Part shown: piece by piece, positions 10,435 to 21,504 of the stretch | How positions within the stretch are numbered: the first letter of the stretch is position 1 | Layout: every line of letters starts with the position of its first letter | From: Psychroserpens sp. | GTDB taxonomy: Bacteria > Bacteroidota > Bacteroidia > Flavobacteriales > Flavobacteriaceae | Assembly: GCF_034670085.1 (NCBI RefSeq) | Contig: NZ_JAXMOD010000005.1 | Location: 228,449-292,448 of the forward strand | Length of the DNA stretch: 64,000 nt | Direction of reading: 5' to 3' | The notes under the pieces: generated by a model | The model's input: the letters and a program-made list of their open reading frames with translations, nothing else | The model's database searches: none | Told to the model about the DNA's origin: nothing | Made by a program: the position numbers and the translations under genes

Positions 10435-10494
10435 CTGTCTCATCGAGCGCAGTCGAGATGTCTCAATAGTTCTCGACTGCGATCGATAAGACAG
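10435..10494. repeat. 60-nt GC-rich near-perfect palindrome (REP-like), probably a bidirectional terminator
   Basis: ctgtctcatcgagcgcagtcgaga [tgtctcaatagt] tctcgactgcgatcgataagacag. It lies between the convergent stops at 10424 and 10500, is followed by tttt, and is much more GC-rich than its surroundings. Confidence 0.75.
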
Positions 10495-10499
10495 TTTTA

Positions 10500-10796
10500 T
10501 TAATCGATGTCAATGATGGTTTCTTTAGGTTTATTTTCCGAAGAAAACACAAATGTATATAGCCACATTAAGGTAAAAGTTGGAACAACATCTAAAAACG
10601 GTAATGCCTCTTCTACAAAAGATATAGCTGCAGCTATTTTACCTTTTTTTCCTTTGTATAATTTGGTCATTAACCAAGCAGAAGCTGGAGCCCAAATGAA
10701 ATCAAAAGGTGGAAAAATAAAAGAGATATAACCAAAAGCATCAAATAGAAGTCCTACAAGAAGCTTTTTGTTTTTAGATAGATTTTGTAACGTCAT
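10500..10796 (-). CDS. Small membrane protein of unknown function
   Basis: 98 aa with hydrophobic segments LLVGLLFDAFGYISFIF and VVPTFTLMWLYTFVF. The overlapping + strand ORF 10507-10731 looks like a shadow ORF. Confidence 0.55.
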   Translation of the reverse strand: MTLQNLSKNKKLLVGLLFDAFGYISFIFPPFDFIWAPASAWLMTKLYKGKKGKIAAAISFVEEALPFLDVVPTFTLMWLYTFVFSSENKPKETIIDID

Positions 10797-10846
10797 ATGT
10801 TTTGTAATTTACTTAATAATAAGCAAATAGCATTCCAAAATACGAA

Positions 10847-11443
10847 CTACGACAAATTTTCACTTATCAATTTTAAAAATTCTGATCTCGTTTCAATATT
10901 TTTAAAAGCTCCTCTAAATCCTGAAGTCGTTGTTGTAGAATTCTGCTTTTGAACACCTCTCATCATCATACACATATGTGAAGCTTCAATGACAACTGCT
11001 ACACCTTCAGGTTTAAGGGTATTATTAATACAATTTAAAATTTGCTCAGTTAAACGCTCTTGTACTTGAAGTCGCCTTGCAAATACATCAACAATTCTTG
11101 GTATTTTACTCAAACCAACGATATGGCCATTGGGAATATAAGCGATGTGTGCTTTTCCGAAAAACGGTAAAATATGATGCTCACAAAGTGAATAAACTTC
11201 AATGTCTTTTACAATAACCATTTCATTATAAGACTCTTTGAACATCGCGCTTTTTAAGATTTCGGCAGCATCCTGATGATAACCTTGTGTTAAAAATTGC
11301 ATTGCTTTAGAAGCACGTTCTGGCGTTTTTAAAAGTCCATCACGATTGGTATCTTCTCCTAAATCTTCAATAATGCTCTTATAGCGAGCTTTTACGTCAT
11401 CAGTAACTTGAATATTATACTCTTCAAACTTGTTATATGGCAT
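10847..11443 (-). CDS. folE: GTP cyclohydrolase I (FolE type 1)
   Basis: [53 protein letters not shown] and [12 protein letters not shown] are hallmark FolE motifs. Confidence 0.93.
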   Translation of the reverse strand: MPYNKFEEYNIQVTDDVKARYKSIIEDLGEDTNRDGLLKTPERASKAMQFLTQGYHQDAAEILKSAMFKESYNEMVIVKDIEVYSLCEHHILPFFGKAHIAYIPNGHIVGLSKIPRIVDVFARRLQVQERLTEQILNCINNTLKPEGVAVVIEASHMCMMMRGVQKQNSTTTTSGFRGAFKNIETRSEFLKLISENLS

Positions 11444-11657
11444 TGTACATAAATATTAATTTCACTAAAAGTAAGTAAAAATTATAATATTAAAATAGAT
11501 TAGGTCTTATCAAAACATTAACACAACATCAATGTTTTTAACGTTCTCTTATGAAAATTGATTAGTTGGCCTAACTAGATTTGTAAGACTAACTGTAACA
11601 ATCTATAATTTTTAGTGTCATTATTATTGTTAGTAACTAATCATCAATCAAACTAAA

Positions 11658-14180
11658 ATGAATTTCCGTTTAACATTCTCTACATTTATATTATCGTGTA
11701 TTTCCGTTTTTGCACAGGATACAGATAGTATTCAAACCGTTTTAGATAAGAAACAACTACAAATTGCACGTACTTCTTTTGCTCCAAAAATTGATGGAGT
11801 TTTAGATGATGTTGTATGGCAAGATGCCAGTATAGCTTCAGGTTTTACACAGTTTAGACCAGATATGGGTAAGTCGGCAACTGAAGACAAAAAGACCATC
11901 GTAAAAATGGCTTATGATGATTCAGGTATTTATGTAGCTGCTTACATGTACGACGATCCCAAATTGATTTCTAAACAATTTACAAGTCGAGATAATTTTG
12001 GGCAGTCCGATTTTTTCCTAGTTGTATTAAATCCAAATAACGATGCTCAAAATGACACTGAATTTTTTGTGTTCACCTCAGGAACACAAGCCGATGCAGT
12101 TGCCAATCCTAGTAATGGAGAAGATTTTGGATGGAACGCTGTTTGGGATAGTGCAGTTAAAATAAATGATGATGGTTGGGTTGTTGAAATGAAAATTCCA
12201 TATCGTGCTTTGCGTTTCTCGCCAGATGTTGAAACTTGGGGATTACAATTTCATAGACGATTTCAAAGAGACAATTCACAATATACATGGAATCCTCTAG
12301 ATCCAACTAAAGGTAATATTGGTCTATATCACGGTGAACTAAATGGTATTACAAATATTGAACCTCCTGTAAGGTTAAATATTTATCCGTTTGCTTCTAC
12401 TGTATTTGATAATATGGATAAACCAGATTTTAATCTTGGAATGGATATTAAGTATGGAATCACTGAAAATATAACTTTAGATGCCACATTAATTCCCGAT
12501 TTTAGCCAAGCTGGATTTGATAATTTGAGTCTTAACCTTGGACCTTTCGAACAGACATTCAATGATCAACGACAGTTTTTTACTGAAGGAGTCGATTTAT
12601 TTAGTAAAGGAAATTTATTCTTTTCTAGACGAGTGGGAAATAGTCCTATAGGTAGTGTCAATTTAGCAAATAATGAAGAACTTGCTGACTATCCAGATGA
12701 AGTTAAAGTTTTAAATGCAGTAAAAATATCTGGACGAACAAAAAATGGTCTTGGTATTGGCTTTTTTAATGCTATTACTGAAAAAACAGATGCAAAAATA
12801 TTAAATACAGAAACTGGTGAAACCAGATCAGAAACTGTAGAGCCTTTTACAAACTATAATATTTTTGTTTTAGATAAGCAATTCAATGGTAATTCATCTC
12901 TTGCTATTGTTAATACAAATGTGACACGAGAAGGTCATTTTAGAGATGCTAATGTTACGGCTTTAGTTGCAAATATTTTTAATAAACGAAACACTTATAA
13001 TATAAGAGGTGATATAAAAATGAGTAATAGAAATTTGGATACTGGAATAGAAACCGGTTTAAGTTCATTTTTCTTTATTCGTAAATCGCATGGTAAATTT
13101 AGATATAGTTTTGATCATAGTTTCGCAAATGAAAATTATGATATCAATGATTTAGGACTCAACTTTAGAAACAATTTCAATAATTTTGGCGTTGATGCTT
13201 CTTACCGAATTTTTGAGCCAACTGAAAAACTGAACAATTTCAGTATAAACACTTGGTATAATTACAGACGATTATACAGACCTAGCACATTTACTAATCA
13301 AAACGCAGGTATAAATGTCTATGGCAAAACTAAAAAAGAATTGATGGATTTTGGTGGAAGCATCAATTATCAAATGGGTAAGCAATTTGATTTTTTTGAA
13401 CCTCGTGATTTTGAGAACAAACGCTTCTTTATTTATGAAGACCGTATAAATGGTGATGTTTGGATTTCTACCAATTACAATAATTCATTCGCTGTAGATA
13501 CCAATATTGGTGGAGCATTAATGTTTGAAGATGGTCGTGATTATTCTCAATATTGGTTTGGCTTTAGCCCTAGAATTCAATTAAGTGATAAATTTTTAGT
13601 GTCTTATAATTTCAATTTTCAAAATGAATTTGGTGACAGAGGTTATGCAAATAATTCCAACGGTTTAGCAGATGAAATAATTTTTGGAGAGCGTAATCAG
13701 AAAACCATTGTAAATAGTGTATCTGCTGGGTATAATTTTAATCCGTTTAATTCATTGAACTTTACTTTCAGAAATTATTGGACAACCGTGAATTATGATG
13801 ATAATCCTTATTTTTTACAAGAAAATGGTCGTTTAATTAAATCTGCAGATACCTTTGAACAACTAGGTTTAGGGAATTCTGATGTTAATTTTAGTACTTG
13901 GAATATAGATTTAAGCTATTCTTGGCAGTTTGCTCCTGGAAGCTTTTTAACCGCACTTTATCGAAACCAGTTATTTAATTCTAATTCAATGGCAGAAGAA
14001 CGGTTTTTTGATAGTTTAAATAACTTACTAGATCAAGATATGCAACATATACTTTCTATACGATTACAATATTTCATTGATTATGGAGGTATTCGTAGTA
14101 TCTTCAAAAAGAAAAATAAAAATGCAGAAAAATTAAGTAGACTATCACGAAACTTAAATCCGAATGTGCATATTCTTTAA
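11658..14180 (+). CDS. Large secreted protein with a CBM9-like N-domain and an outer-membrane-like beta-rich C-region (DUF5916-like)
   Basis: Signal peptide; the APKIDGVLDDVVWQDA motif typical of carbohydrate-binding family 9-like domains; a long Asn/Phe/Tyr-rich beta region. The family name is from memory only. Confidence 0.65.
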   Translation: MNFRLTFSTFILSCISVFAQDTDSIQTVLDKKQLQIARTSFAPKIDGVLDDVVWQDASIASGFTQFRPDMGKSATEDKKTIVKMAYDDSGIYVAAYMYDDPKLISKQFTSRDNFGQSDFFLVVLNPNNDAQNDTEFFVFTSGTQADAVANPSNGEDFGWNAVWDSAVKINDDGWVVEMKIPYRALRFSPDVETWGLQFHRRFQRDNSQYTWNPLDPTKGNIGLYHGELNGITNIEPPVRLNIYPFASTVFDNMDKPDFNLGMDIKYGITENITLDATLIPDFSQAGFDNLSLNLGPFEQTFNDQRQFFTEGVDLFSKGNLFFSRRVGNSPIGSVNLANNEELADYPDEVKVLNAVKISGRTKNGLGIGFFNAITEKTDAKILNTETGETRSETVEPFTNYNIFVLDKQFNGNSSLAIVNTNVTREGHFRDANVTALVANIFNKRNTYNIRGDIKMSNRNLDTGIETGLSSFFFIRKSHGKFRYSFDHSFANENYDINDLGLNFRNNFNNFGVDASYRIFEPTEKLNNFSINTWYNYRRLYRPSTFTNQNAGINVYGKTKKELMDFGGSINYQMGKQFDFFEPRDFENKRFFIYEDRINGDVWISTNYNNSFAVDTNIGGALMFEDGRDYSQYWFGFSPRIQLSDKFLVSYNFNFQNEFGDRGYANNSNGLADEIIFGERNQKTIVNSVSAGYNFNPFNSLNFTFRNYWTTVNYDDNPYFLQENGRLIKSADTFEQLGLGNSDVNFSTWNIDLSYSWQFAPGSFLTALYRNQLFNSNSMAEERFFDSLNNLLDQDMQHILSIRLQYFIDYGGIRSIFKKKNKNAEKLSRLSRNLNPNVHIL

Positions 14181-14229
14181 TTATCATTATTCATATTAAA
14201 GTAGTATTTTCGAAGTACATTTTAATAGA

Positions 14230-14892
14230 ATGATAAAAGCAAAAAATATTCATAAATACTATGGTGATCTTCACGTTTTAAAAGGTGTAAATCTCGAAAT
14301 TAAGAAAGGAGAAATTGTATCTATCGTTGGAGCTTCAGGTGCTGGAAAAACTACCCTACTTCATATTTTAGGAACTTTAGATACGTTAGATCATAAAAAT
14401 GATAAAACTTTATTGATAAACGATATCGATGTATCTGGATTAAATGACAAGTCACTTGCCAAATTTAGAAACAATCATATTGGCTTCATTTTTCAGTTTC
14501 ATCAATTATTACCAGAATTTACGGCATTAGAAAATGTATGTATTCCAGCTTTTATAAATGGAAAGAATCAAGCTATTGCTGAAAAGAGAGCAAAAGAGCT
14601 TTTAGATTTTCTTGGACTCAAAGAACGATACCATCATAAACCTAATGAACTGTCAGGAGGTGAACAACAACGAGTTGCAGTTGCAAGAGCTCTCATAAAT
14701 GATCCTGAACTTATATTTGCTGACGAACCTTCTGGAAATTTAGATAGTGAATCTGCAGAAAATCTTCACAACCTCTTTTTTAAACTTAGGGATGAGTTTG
14801 GTCAAACATTCGTAATAGTGACTCATAATCAGGAATTAGCTGATATGGCAGACCGTAAATTGACAATGGTTGATGGTCGTATTGAGCTTTAA
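14230..14892 (+). CDS. ABC transporter ATP-binding protein, LolD/MacB-type
   Basis: Walker [10 protein letters not shown], signature [15 protein letters not shown], Walker [13 protein letters not shown]. Confidence 0.85.
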   Translation: MIKAKNIHKYYGDLHVLKGVNLEIKKGEIVSIVGASGAGKTTLLHILGTLDTLDHKNDKTLLINDIDVSGLNDKSLAKFRNNHIGFIFQFHQLLPEFTALENVCIPAFINGKNQAIAEKRAKELLDFLGLKERYHHKPNELSGGEQQRVAVARALINDPELIFADEPSGNLDSESAENLHNLFFKLRDEFGQTFVIVTHNQELADMADRKLTMVDGRIEL

Positions 14893-14995
14893 ACCTAAGT
14901 TATAAACAATCAATTCTTAAAAACTTCATTAGACTTCTGTATAATGATTTGTCTTTCGCTTTAAATTTGGCTATAATAACTAATCAGCCCAAACT

Positions 14996-15634
14996 ATGCT
15001 TAAAAATTTACTAGTATTACTCGTTTGTTCAATTACGTCAATTTGCTTTTCTCAAAATGATTTTGAAAGTGAGATAGATTCGATACAAACTCTCGATGAA
15101 GCCAAAATATACGTTCAAAAAAACAAATCCCTAAAAGGGAAAGTGATTACCTTTAATAAGGAGAAACACCATACAAAAATTGCTGACGAGCTTTTTAGTT
15201 TAGGTAAAGGCTCAAAAAAGGTTTATAAAACGGATATGACCAAAACCTATTATAAAGTGGTCGATAAAAATGAAATTCCGTATCAAAAACTCAGCTATAT
15301 CTTCTTAGATGGTAAAAAGAAATCTATGGAAGAAATTAACATCCTTAGACAAAATATCGTTGCAAAATATCGAAATGGCTTTCGTTTTGAAGATTTAGCA
15401 AAGCACTATTCTATGGATAGTAATGCAAATCGTGGAGGTGATTTGGGTTGGGTAACGCAAGGCGATTTGCATCCAGATTTTGAAGCCCAAGTTTTAGATA
15501 ATACGCATCAAGTGAATGATATTTTTACAGTTGATATACCAGATCAACAGTGGTATTATGTCGTTGTGAAAACCGAAGACACCAAGTACATAGAAGAAAT
15601 AAAAGTACTTAAAGTCACAGAACCTGTTAAATAA
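14996..15634 (+). CDS. Parvulin-type peptidyl-prolyl cis-trans isomerase (secreted)
   Basis: Signal peptide plus the PpiC-domain hallmark FEDLAKHYSMDSNANRGGDLGWVTQGDL. Confidence 0.75.
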   Translation: MLKNLLVLLVCSITSICFSQNDFESEIDSIQTLDEAKIYVQKNKSLKGKVITFNKEKHHTKIADELFSLGKGSKKVYKTDMTKTYYKVVDKNEIPYQKLSYIFLDGKKKSMEEINILRQNIVAKYRNGFRFEDLAKHYSMDSNANRGGDLGWVTQGDLHPDFEAQVLDNTHQVNDIFTVDIPDQQWYYVVVKTEDTKYIEEIKVLKVTEPVK

Positions 15635-16341
15635 TGCAGTTATTTTTTATTTCGGAATTATCTCAAGATAATGACCAAATACAATTTTCTAAAGAAGAAA
15701 GTAAGCATATTGTTAAGGTTTTGAGAAAATCAATTGGTGATATTCTATATATCACTAATGGTAAAGGTGTTTTATTCACTTCTGAATTAATCTCAGCAGA
15801 TCAAAAGAATTGTATTGCCCATATTATTTCTTCTGAAGTAAAACCAAAAAGAACATACAATCTTCATTTAGCAGTAGCCCCAACCAAAATGAATGATCGT
15901 TATGAATGGTTCTTAGAAAAAGCCACAGAGATTGGAATTGATAGCATCACTCCTATTTTTTGTGAGAATAGTGAGCGACGAATAATTAAAGCAGAACGCT
16001 ATGAAAAAATTCTTCTATCTGCGATGAAACAGTCTCTTAATTGTTATTTACCAAAACTAAATGATGCCCTTAATTTTAAGGATTTCATGAGTCAAAATCA
16101 TGAGGGTTCATTGTTTATTGCACATTGTGAGGACACTAATAGGAAATCACTTAAACAAGAATTAAAAGCCAATCAAGATATTACCATTTTAATTGGACCA
16201 GAAGGCGATTTTAGTACCAATGAAATAGAACTAGCCATACAGTCTAATTTTGTACCTGTTACATTAGGAAATACTCGATTAAGAACAGAAACAGCAGCTA
16301 TTGTTGCTTGTCATTCTATAGCTTTTATTAATGAATTATAA
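15634..16341 (+). CDS. rsmE: 16S rRNA (uracil1498-N3)-methyltransferase RsmE
   Basis: MQLFF...HIVKVLRKSIGD (PUA-like N-terminus), KMNDRYEWFLEKATEIG, ILIGPEGDFSTNEIE and LGNTRLRTETAAI. Its start overlaps the upstream stop (TAATG). Confidence 0.85.
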   Translation: MQLFFISELSQDNDQIQFSKEESKHIVKVLRKSIGDILYITNGKGVLFTSELISADQKNCIAHIISSEVKPKRTYNLHLAVAPTKMNDRYEWFLEKATEIGIDSITPIFCENSERRIIKAERYEKILLSAMKQSLNCYLPKLNDALNFKDFMSQNHEGSLFIAHCEDTNRKSLKQELKANQDITILIGPEGDFSTNEIELAIQSNFVPVTLGNTRLRTETAAIVACHSIAFINEL

Positions 16342-16388
16342 CTTTAGCACACGATCCTTAATATCTTAGTAGTCAACTTGTAAGTAAA

Positions 16389-16424
16389 TAAAAAAATCCG
16401 ATGATTGCTCATCGGATTTTTTTA
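16389..16424. terminator. Bidirectional intrinsic terminator
   Basis: aaaaaaa + atccgatga ttgc tcatcggat + tttttt, between rsmE (+) and the minus-strand PLP enzyme gene. Confidence 0.85.
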
Positions 16425-16440
16425 TAATAATTAATATTAT

Positions 16441-17700
16441 TTATTCGCCCATTGCAGCAATCAACGCTGCAGACAAACGTTTATAAGTTCCATTTACTAA
16501 ACGCTCTCTAATAGCATCAAAAGCATCAAGAGTTTCGTTTACATCTTCAATGGTATGTGTAGCAGTTGGTATCATTCTTAATAGTATTAATCCCTTAGGA
16601 ATAACAGGATACACTACAATAGAACAGAAAATACCGTAGTTTTCACGTAGATCACGAACTAATGCCATGGCTTCAGGAATACTCCCTTTTAAATACACTG
16701 GAGTTACACAACTTTGAGTAGTTCCGATATCAAATCCACGTTTCTTTAATCCAGATTGCAATGCGTCAACAATTTTCCAAAGATTTTCTTTCAACTCTGG
16801 CATTGTTTTTAGCATTTGCAAACGCTTACGTGCACCAACTACAAGTTGCATTTGTAGTGATTTAGCAAACATCTGTGAACGTAGGTTATATTTTAAGTAA
16901 TCTATTATTTCTTGATCGGCAGCAATAAAGGCTCCAGTACTTGCCATAGATTTAGCAAACGTAGCGAAATACACATCGATATCATCTTGAACACCTTGTT
17001 CTTCTCCAGCACCAGCGCCAGTTTTTCCTAAGGTTCCAAAACCATGTGCATCATCAACAAATAATCTGAAATTGAATTTCTTTTTTAAAGCTACAATTTC
17101 CTTTAAACGTCCTTGTTCACCACGCATTCCAAACACACCTTCTGAAATCACTAAAATTCCTCCTCCAGTTTGTTCAGCCATTTTTGTGGCTCTTTCTAAG
17201 TTTTTCTCAAGACTTTCAACGTCATTATGCTTATAAGTGAAACGTTTTCCCATGTGTAAACGAACACCATCAATAATACAAGCATGAGCATCAACGTCAT
17301 ATACAATTATATCATCCTTAGAAACCAAAGCATCTACAGTAGAGACCATGCCTTGGTAACCAAAATTTAATAAATATGTTGCTTCTTTCTTTACAAACTC
17401 TGCAAGTTCATTTTGAAGTTGTTCATGAAGATCTGTATGACCAGACATCATTCGAGCTCCCATTGGATAAGCTGAACCATATTCTGCTGCAGCTTCCGCA
17501 TCAACCTTTCTAACCTCAGGATGGTTAGCAAGACCAAGATAATCGTTAATACTCCATGTAATTACGTCTTTACCTTGAAACTTCATTCTATTAGATATTT
17601 GACCTTCTAACTTAGGAAAAACGAAATAACCTTCGGCTTGCGAAGCCCATTTCCCTAATGGTCCTTTATCTTTATAAATCTTTTCAAATAAATCCTTCAT
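16441..17700 (-). CDS. Alpha-oxoamine synthase family PLP enzyme (SPT/KBL-like); candidate cysteate-C-fatty acyltransferase (CapB/SulA-like)
   Basis: 419 aa with GYFVFPKLEG at the N-terminus, NDYLGLANHPEV, DDAHGFGTLGKTGAG and the PLP-lysine context ATFAKSMAS. The family assignment is confident. The cysteate specificity is an inference from taxonomy and the neighbouring gene. Confidence 0.8.
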   Translation of the reverse strand: MKDLFEKIYKDKGPLGKWASQAEGYFVFPKLEGQISNRMKFQGKDVITWSINDYLGLANHPEVRKVDAEAAAEYGSAYPMGARMMSGHTDLHEQLQNELAEFVKKEATYLLNFGYQGMVSTVDALVSKDDIIVYDVDAHACIIDGVRLHMGKRFTYKHNDVESLEKNLERATKMAEQTGGGILVISEGVFGMRGEQGRLKEIVALKKKFNFRLFVDDAHGFGTLGKTGAGAGEEQGVQDDIDVYFATFAKSMASTGAFIAADQEIIDYLKYNLRSQMFAKSLQMQLVVGARKRLQMLKTMPELKENLWKIVDALQSGLKKRGFDIGTTQSCVTPVYLKGSIPEAMALVRDLRENYGIFCSIVVYPVIPKGLILLRMIPTATHTIEDVNETLDAFDAIRERLVNGTYKRLSAALIAAMGE

Positions 17701-17849
17701 TTATAGCTATTAATTTTAGTCAAGTTATTTAATTGAGTACATCTTAATGAAATTTTTAAGCGAAAATCAAGATATAATCGGGACAAAATTAGTCAATTAT
17801 ATTATGATGACATAATATTTTAAGGGCAATGTTTATATGCTTTAACACA

Positions 17850-17883
17850 CAAAAAATCCTATCACAATTAAATGCAATAGGAT
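17850..17883 (-). terminator. Intrinsic terminator after the CBS-like gene
   Basis: On the minus strand: atcctat tgcatttaattgtg ataggat followed by ttttt. This separates the two PLP-enzyme genes into different transcription units. Confidence 0.7.
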
Positions 17884-17902
17884 CTTATTATATTTAAGTC
17901 AA

Positions 17903-18940
17903 TTATTTTATATACTGAATACTTTCAGAAACTTCAGTTTTACTATCAAAGAAACCTTGTTCTCCCATCCATTTATCGCTATATACTTTGCTCATGTATC
18001 GAGATCCATGGTCTGGAAATATGACCACAACTTTATCTCCTTTTTTAAATTCACCTTCTTCGCTTAGTTGTTTTAAAGCTTGCATTGCAGCTCCACTAGT
18101 ATAACCAACAAATAAACCTTCAGTTTTTGCTATTTCTCTAGCAGTGTGTGCACTTTCTTCATCAGTAACCTTAATAAATTTATCAATCAAATCGAAGTCA
18201 GTTGCCGTAGGAATTAAGTTTTTACCTAATCCTTCAATCCGGTAAGGATAAATTTCTTTATCATCAAATTCACGTGTTTCATGGTATTTCTTTAGTACAG
18301 AACCAAAAGCATCAACACCAATGACTTTTACGTATGGATTTTGCTCTTTTAAGTATTTAGAAATTCCAGAAATAGTACCACCAGTCCCACTACAAGCAAC
18401 TAAATGAGTAATTTCTCCGTCAGTTTGATTCCAGATTTCTGGACCAGTAGAATTATAATGTGCATCAATATTTAGTTGATTAAAATATTGATTAATATAA
18501 ATAGAACCTTTTATTTCATTATGTAAACGCTTTGCTACCTGATAGTATGAGCGAGAATCGTCAGCACTAACATTAGCAGGACACACATAAACTTGTGCTC
18601 CCATTGATTTTAACATATCAATTTTATCTGCTGAAGATTTTGAACTCACAGCTAAGATACACTCGTAACCTTTAATGATACTAACCATAGCAATACTAAA
18701 TCCTGTATTACCTGACGTTGTTTCAATGATTGTGTCTCCTGGAGTTAAAATGCCTTGTCTTTCGGCTTCCTCAATAATATGAAGTGCTATTCTGTCTTTT
18801 GACGAATGACCTGGATTGAAAGCTTCTACTTTAGCAAAGAAATCACCTTCAAAGCCTTCTGTCATTTTATTTAATTTGATAAGTGGTGTTTTACCTATTA
18901 ATTGTAAAACATTATCAAATACATTATTGTCTTGTTTCAT
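17903..18940 (-). CDS. Fold-type II PLP enzyme of the cysteine synthase / cystathionine beta-synthase family; candidate cysteate synthase (CapA-like)
   Basis: [16 protein letters not shown] (PLP-lysine motif), [10 protein letters not shown] and GTGGTISG. It has a single catalytic domain of 345 aa without CBS pairs. Confidence 0.8.
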   Translation of the reverse strand: MKQDNNVFDNVLQLIGKTPLIKLNKMTEGFEGDFFAKVEAFNPGHSSKDRIALHIIEEAERQGILTPGDTIIETTSGNTGFSIAMVSIIKGYECILAVSSKSSADKIDMLKSMGAQVYVCPANVSADDSRSYYQVAKRLHNEIKGSIYINQYFNQLNIDAHYNSTGPEIWNQTDGEITHLVACSGTGGTISGISKYLKEQNPYVKVIGVDAFGSVLKKYHETREFDDKEIYPYRIEGLGKNLIPTATDFDLIDKFIKVTDEESAHTAREIAKTEGLFVGYTSGAAMQALKQLSEEGEFKKGDKVVVIFPDHGSRYMSKVYSDKWMGEQGFFDSKTEVSESIQYIK

Positions 18941-19001
18941 AAACGCAAATTTATCAGTTTCAATGTCATTTAAAATTGAAACGTAAAACCTTGCAAAATT
19001 A

Positions 19002-21077
19002 CTATTTTTTTTCGAAATAGCTAGTATTTCCTTCTAAGTCTAGTAAAAAAGCGTATTCCCTTGCATCTTCTTTAAGAGCTTCAAAACGTCCGGAAGCTCC
19101 ACCATGACCCGCTTCCATGTTGGTAATTAGAAATAATTTGTTAGTATCTTGTTTATAAGTTCTGAGCTTAGAAACCCACTTTGCAGGTTCCCAGTATTGT
19201 ACTTGAGAGTCATGTAATCCCGTAGTAACCAGTAGATTTGGATAATGTTGCTTTTTTATATTATCATAAGGTGAATAACTTTTGATATAATCGTAGTAAC
19301 TCTTGTCTTTCGGATTTCCCCATTCATCATATTCACCTGTAGTTAAAGGAATGGTATCGTCTAACATTGTGGTAACAACATCTACAAAAGGAACAGCAGC
19401 AATAACACCATTATAAAGCTCAGGTGCATCATTAATAATCACTGCCATTAATAAGCCACCTGCACTTCCTCCCATCGCATACAAATGTGATTTTGAAGTA
19501 TAACCTTCAGTAATTAAATGTTTTGAACAATCAATAAAATCAGTAAAGGTATTTTTCTTTTTTAGAAGTTTTCCATCTTCATACCAATGCCTACCTAGAT
19601 ATTCACTGCCTCTAACATGTGCAATTACATAAATGAAACCACGATCTAATAAACTCAATCTTATGGTTGAGAAATATGGATCTACGGTAGAACCATAACT
19701 TCCATAGGCATATTGCAAAACAGGAGTTTCTACACCAAGTTTGGTGTCTTTTCTTCTAACAATTGACATCGGAATTTTAGTACCATCTTTAGCCGTTGCC
19801 CAAATACGTTCTGAAGTATAGTTGTTTTTATTAAAATTAGGATCTAAAATTTCCTGCTCCTTTTTAACTTCTTTTGCTTTAGTTCTCATATTGAAGTCAA
19901 TCACAGAAGATGGATTTGTCAACGAATTATATACATACCTTAATGTTTCCGTATTAAAATCGACGTTAGTACCAACATTTACGGTATAAGTTTCGTTATC
20001 AAAGGGCAAATAGTAATCATCAGAATTATCCCATCGTTTTATTCTGATTTGATTCAAACCATTAGTACGTTCACTAACGACAAGGTAATCTTTGAAAATA
20101 TCAATGTCTTCAATAAGCACATCTTTTCGATGAGATAAAACGTCAACCCAATTATCAAGTTTCGTAGCATTTTCAGGTGTTTTCATGAGTTTGAAGTTGG
20201 TTGCATCATCTTTATTAGTAACCACATAAAAATGATCTTCAAAATGTGAAATGCTATATTCTAAGCCACGAATACGTTTTTGAAATACTTTGAACTCGTC
20301 ATCAGGTGTGTCTGCATTGAGGATATGAAATTCATTGGTAAGTGTACTATAACAAGCAATAATGAGATATTTTCTAGATTTAGACTTATAAACTGTAACT
20401 CCGAATGTATCATCATCTTCAGTAAAAACTATAACATCTTCATCTTCAGAATCACCAATTTTATGCTTATAAATTTCATTCGCTCTAAGGGTTTGTTCAT
20501 CTTTTTTAGTGTAAAAAATGGTGCAATTATCATTTGCCCAAGTTGATGAACCTGTTGTATTTTCAATGATATCTGAAAATATTTCGTTCGTAATTAAACT
20601 CTTTATTTGAAGACTATATTGACGTCTACCAATAGTATCAATACCAAAGGAAATCATGGTATTATCTGGACTGACGCTTAAGCCTACTAATCTGAAATAG
20701 CCATGACCTTTAGCCATGACATTACAATCAAAAAGCAATTCTTCTTTAGCGTTTAAGTTTTCTTTTTTACGCGTATATATTGGATAATCTTTACCTTTTT
20801 CGTAACGAACGATATACCAATACCCATTGTATTTATAGGGCACTGAAGCATCGTCTTCTTTTATCCTTGCTTTCATTTCCTCAAAAAGCTGCTTTTCAAA
20901 TTCCTTTGTATGCGCAGTTTCTTGCTCATAGTATTCGTTTTCAGCATTTAGATAATCTAATACATTTTGATCTTCTCGTTGATTCAACCAGAAATAATTA
21001 TCAATTCTGATGTCTTTATGAATTTCTAATTCTTTAGGAATTTGTCTAGCAATAGGCGCTTTGATAGTCGTCTTCAT
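19002..21077 (-). CDS. ptrB: Oligopeptidase B / prolyl oligopeptidase family S9A serine peptidase
   Basis: N-terminal propeller region with [11 protein letters not shown]...[11 protein letters not shown]; catalytic Ser motif [10 protein letters not shown]; C-terminal [10 protein letters not shown]. Confidence 0.88.
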   Translation of the reverse strand: MKTTIKAPIARQIPKELEIHKDIRIDNYFWLNQREDQNVLDYLNAENEYYEQETAHTKEFEKQLFEEMKARIKEDDASVPYKYNGYWYIVRYEKGKDYPIYTRKKENLNAKEELLFDCNVMAKGHGYFRLVGLSVSPDNTMISFGIDTIGRRQYSLQIKSLITNEIFSDIIENTTGSSTWANDNCTIFYTKKDEQTLRANEIYKHKIGDSEDEDVIVFTEDDDTFGVTVYKSKSRKYLIIACYSTLTNEFHILNADTPDDEFKVFQKRIRGLEYSISHFEDHFYVVTNKDDATNFKLMKTPENATKLDNWVDVLSHRKDVLIEDIDIFKDYLVVSERTNGLNQIRIKRWDNSDDYYLPFDNETYTVNVGTNVDFNTETLRYVYNSLTNPSSVIDFNMRTKAKEVKKEQEILDPNFNKNNYTSERIWATAKDGTKIPMSIVRRKDTKLGVETPVLQYAYGSYGSTVDPYFSTIRLSLLDRGFIYVIAHVRGSEYLGRHWYEDGKLLKKKNTFTDFIDCSKHLITEGYTSKSHLYAMGGSAGGLLMAVIINDAPELYNGVIAAVPFVDVVTTMLDDTIPLTTGEYDEWGNPKDKSYYDYIKSYSPYDNIKKQHYPNLLVTTGLHDSQVQYWEPAKWVSKLRTYKQDTNKLFLITNMEAGHGGASGRFEALKEDAREYAFLLDLEGNTSYFEKK

Positions 21078-21139
21078 TTTTCTTTTTAAAAGTCAGGCAA
21101 TTTAGTAATTTTGCAACTATAATTTTAATACTTAACAAT

Positions 21140-21463
21140 ATGTTTGGAGATATGATGGGAATGATGGGTAAACTTAAAGAGACCCAGAAAAAAGTTGAAG
21201 ACACAAAAGAACGTCTTCACAGTGTTTTAATTGATGAAAATAGTAGTGACAATAAACTAAAGGTGACAATTACTGCTAATAGAACTATAAAATCTATTGC
21301 AATAGATGATGAATTACTTCAAGACAAAGACATGCTTGAAGACTACCTTATTCTTACTTTAAACAAAGCTATTGAGCGTGCAACAACGGTTCATGAAACT
21401 GAAGTCGCTGCAGTTGCTAAAGCTGGAATGCCCAACATTCCTGGAATGGATATGTTTAAATAA
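21140..21463 (+). CDS. ybaB: YbaB/EbfC family nucleoid-associated protein
   Basis: [26 protein letters not shown]...[20 protein letters not shown]...[16 protein letters not shown] in a 107-aa protein. Confidence 0.88.
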   Translation: MFGDMMGMMGKLKETQKKVEDTKERLHSVLIDENSSDNKLKVTITANRTIKSIAIDDELLQDKDMLEDYLILTLNKAIERATTVHETEVAAVAKAGMPNIPGMDMFK

Positions 21464-21504
21464 TTTAGACAGTTAGACTATTTAGATTTTCAGATAGTAC
21501 AGTT

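Noticed and set aside
11444-11657. 214-nt spacer between folE and the CBM9-like gene as a possible riboswitch (THF or preQ1 class).
   Set aside because: I could not find the conserved pseudoknot or stem features of those classes on either strand. The region is AT-rich with no convincing stems. It is most simply a divergent promoter region.
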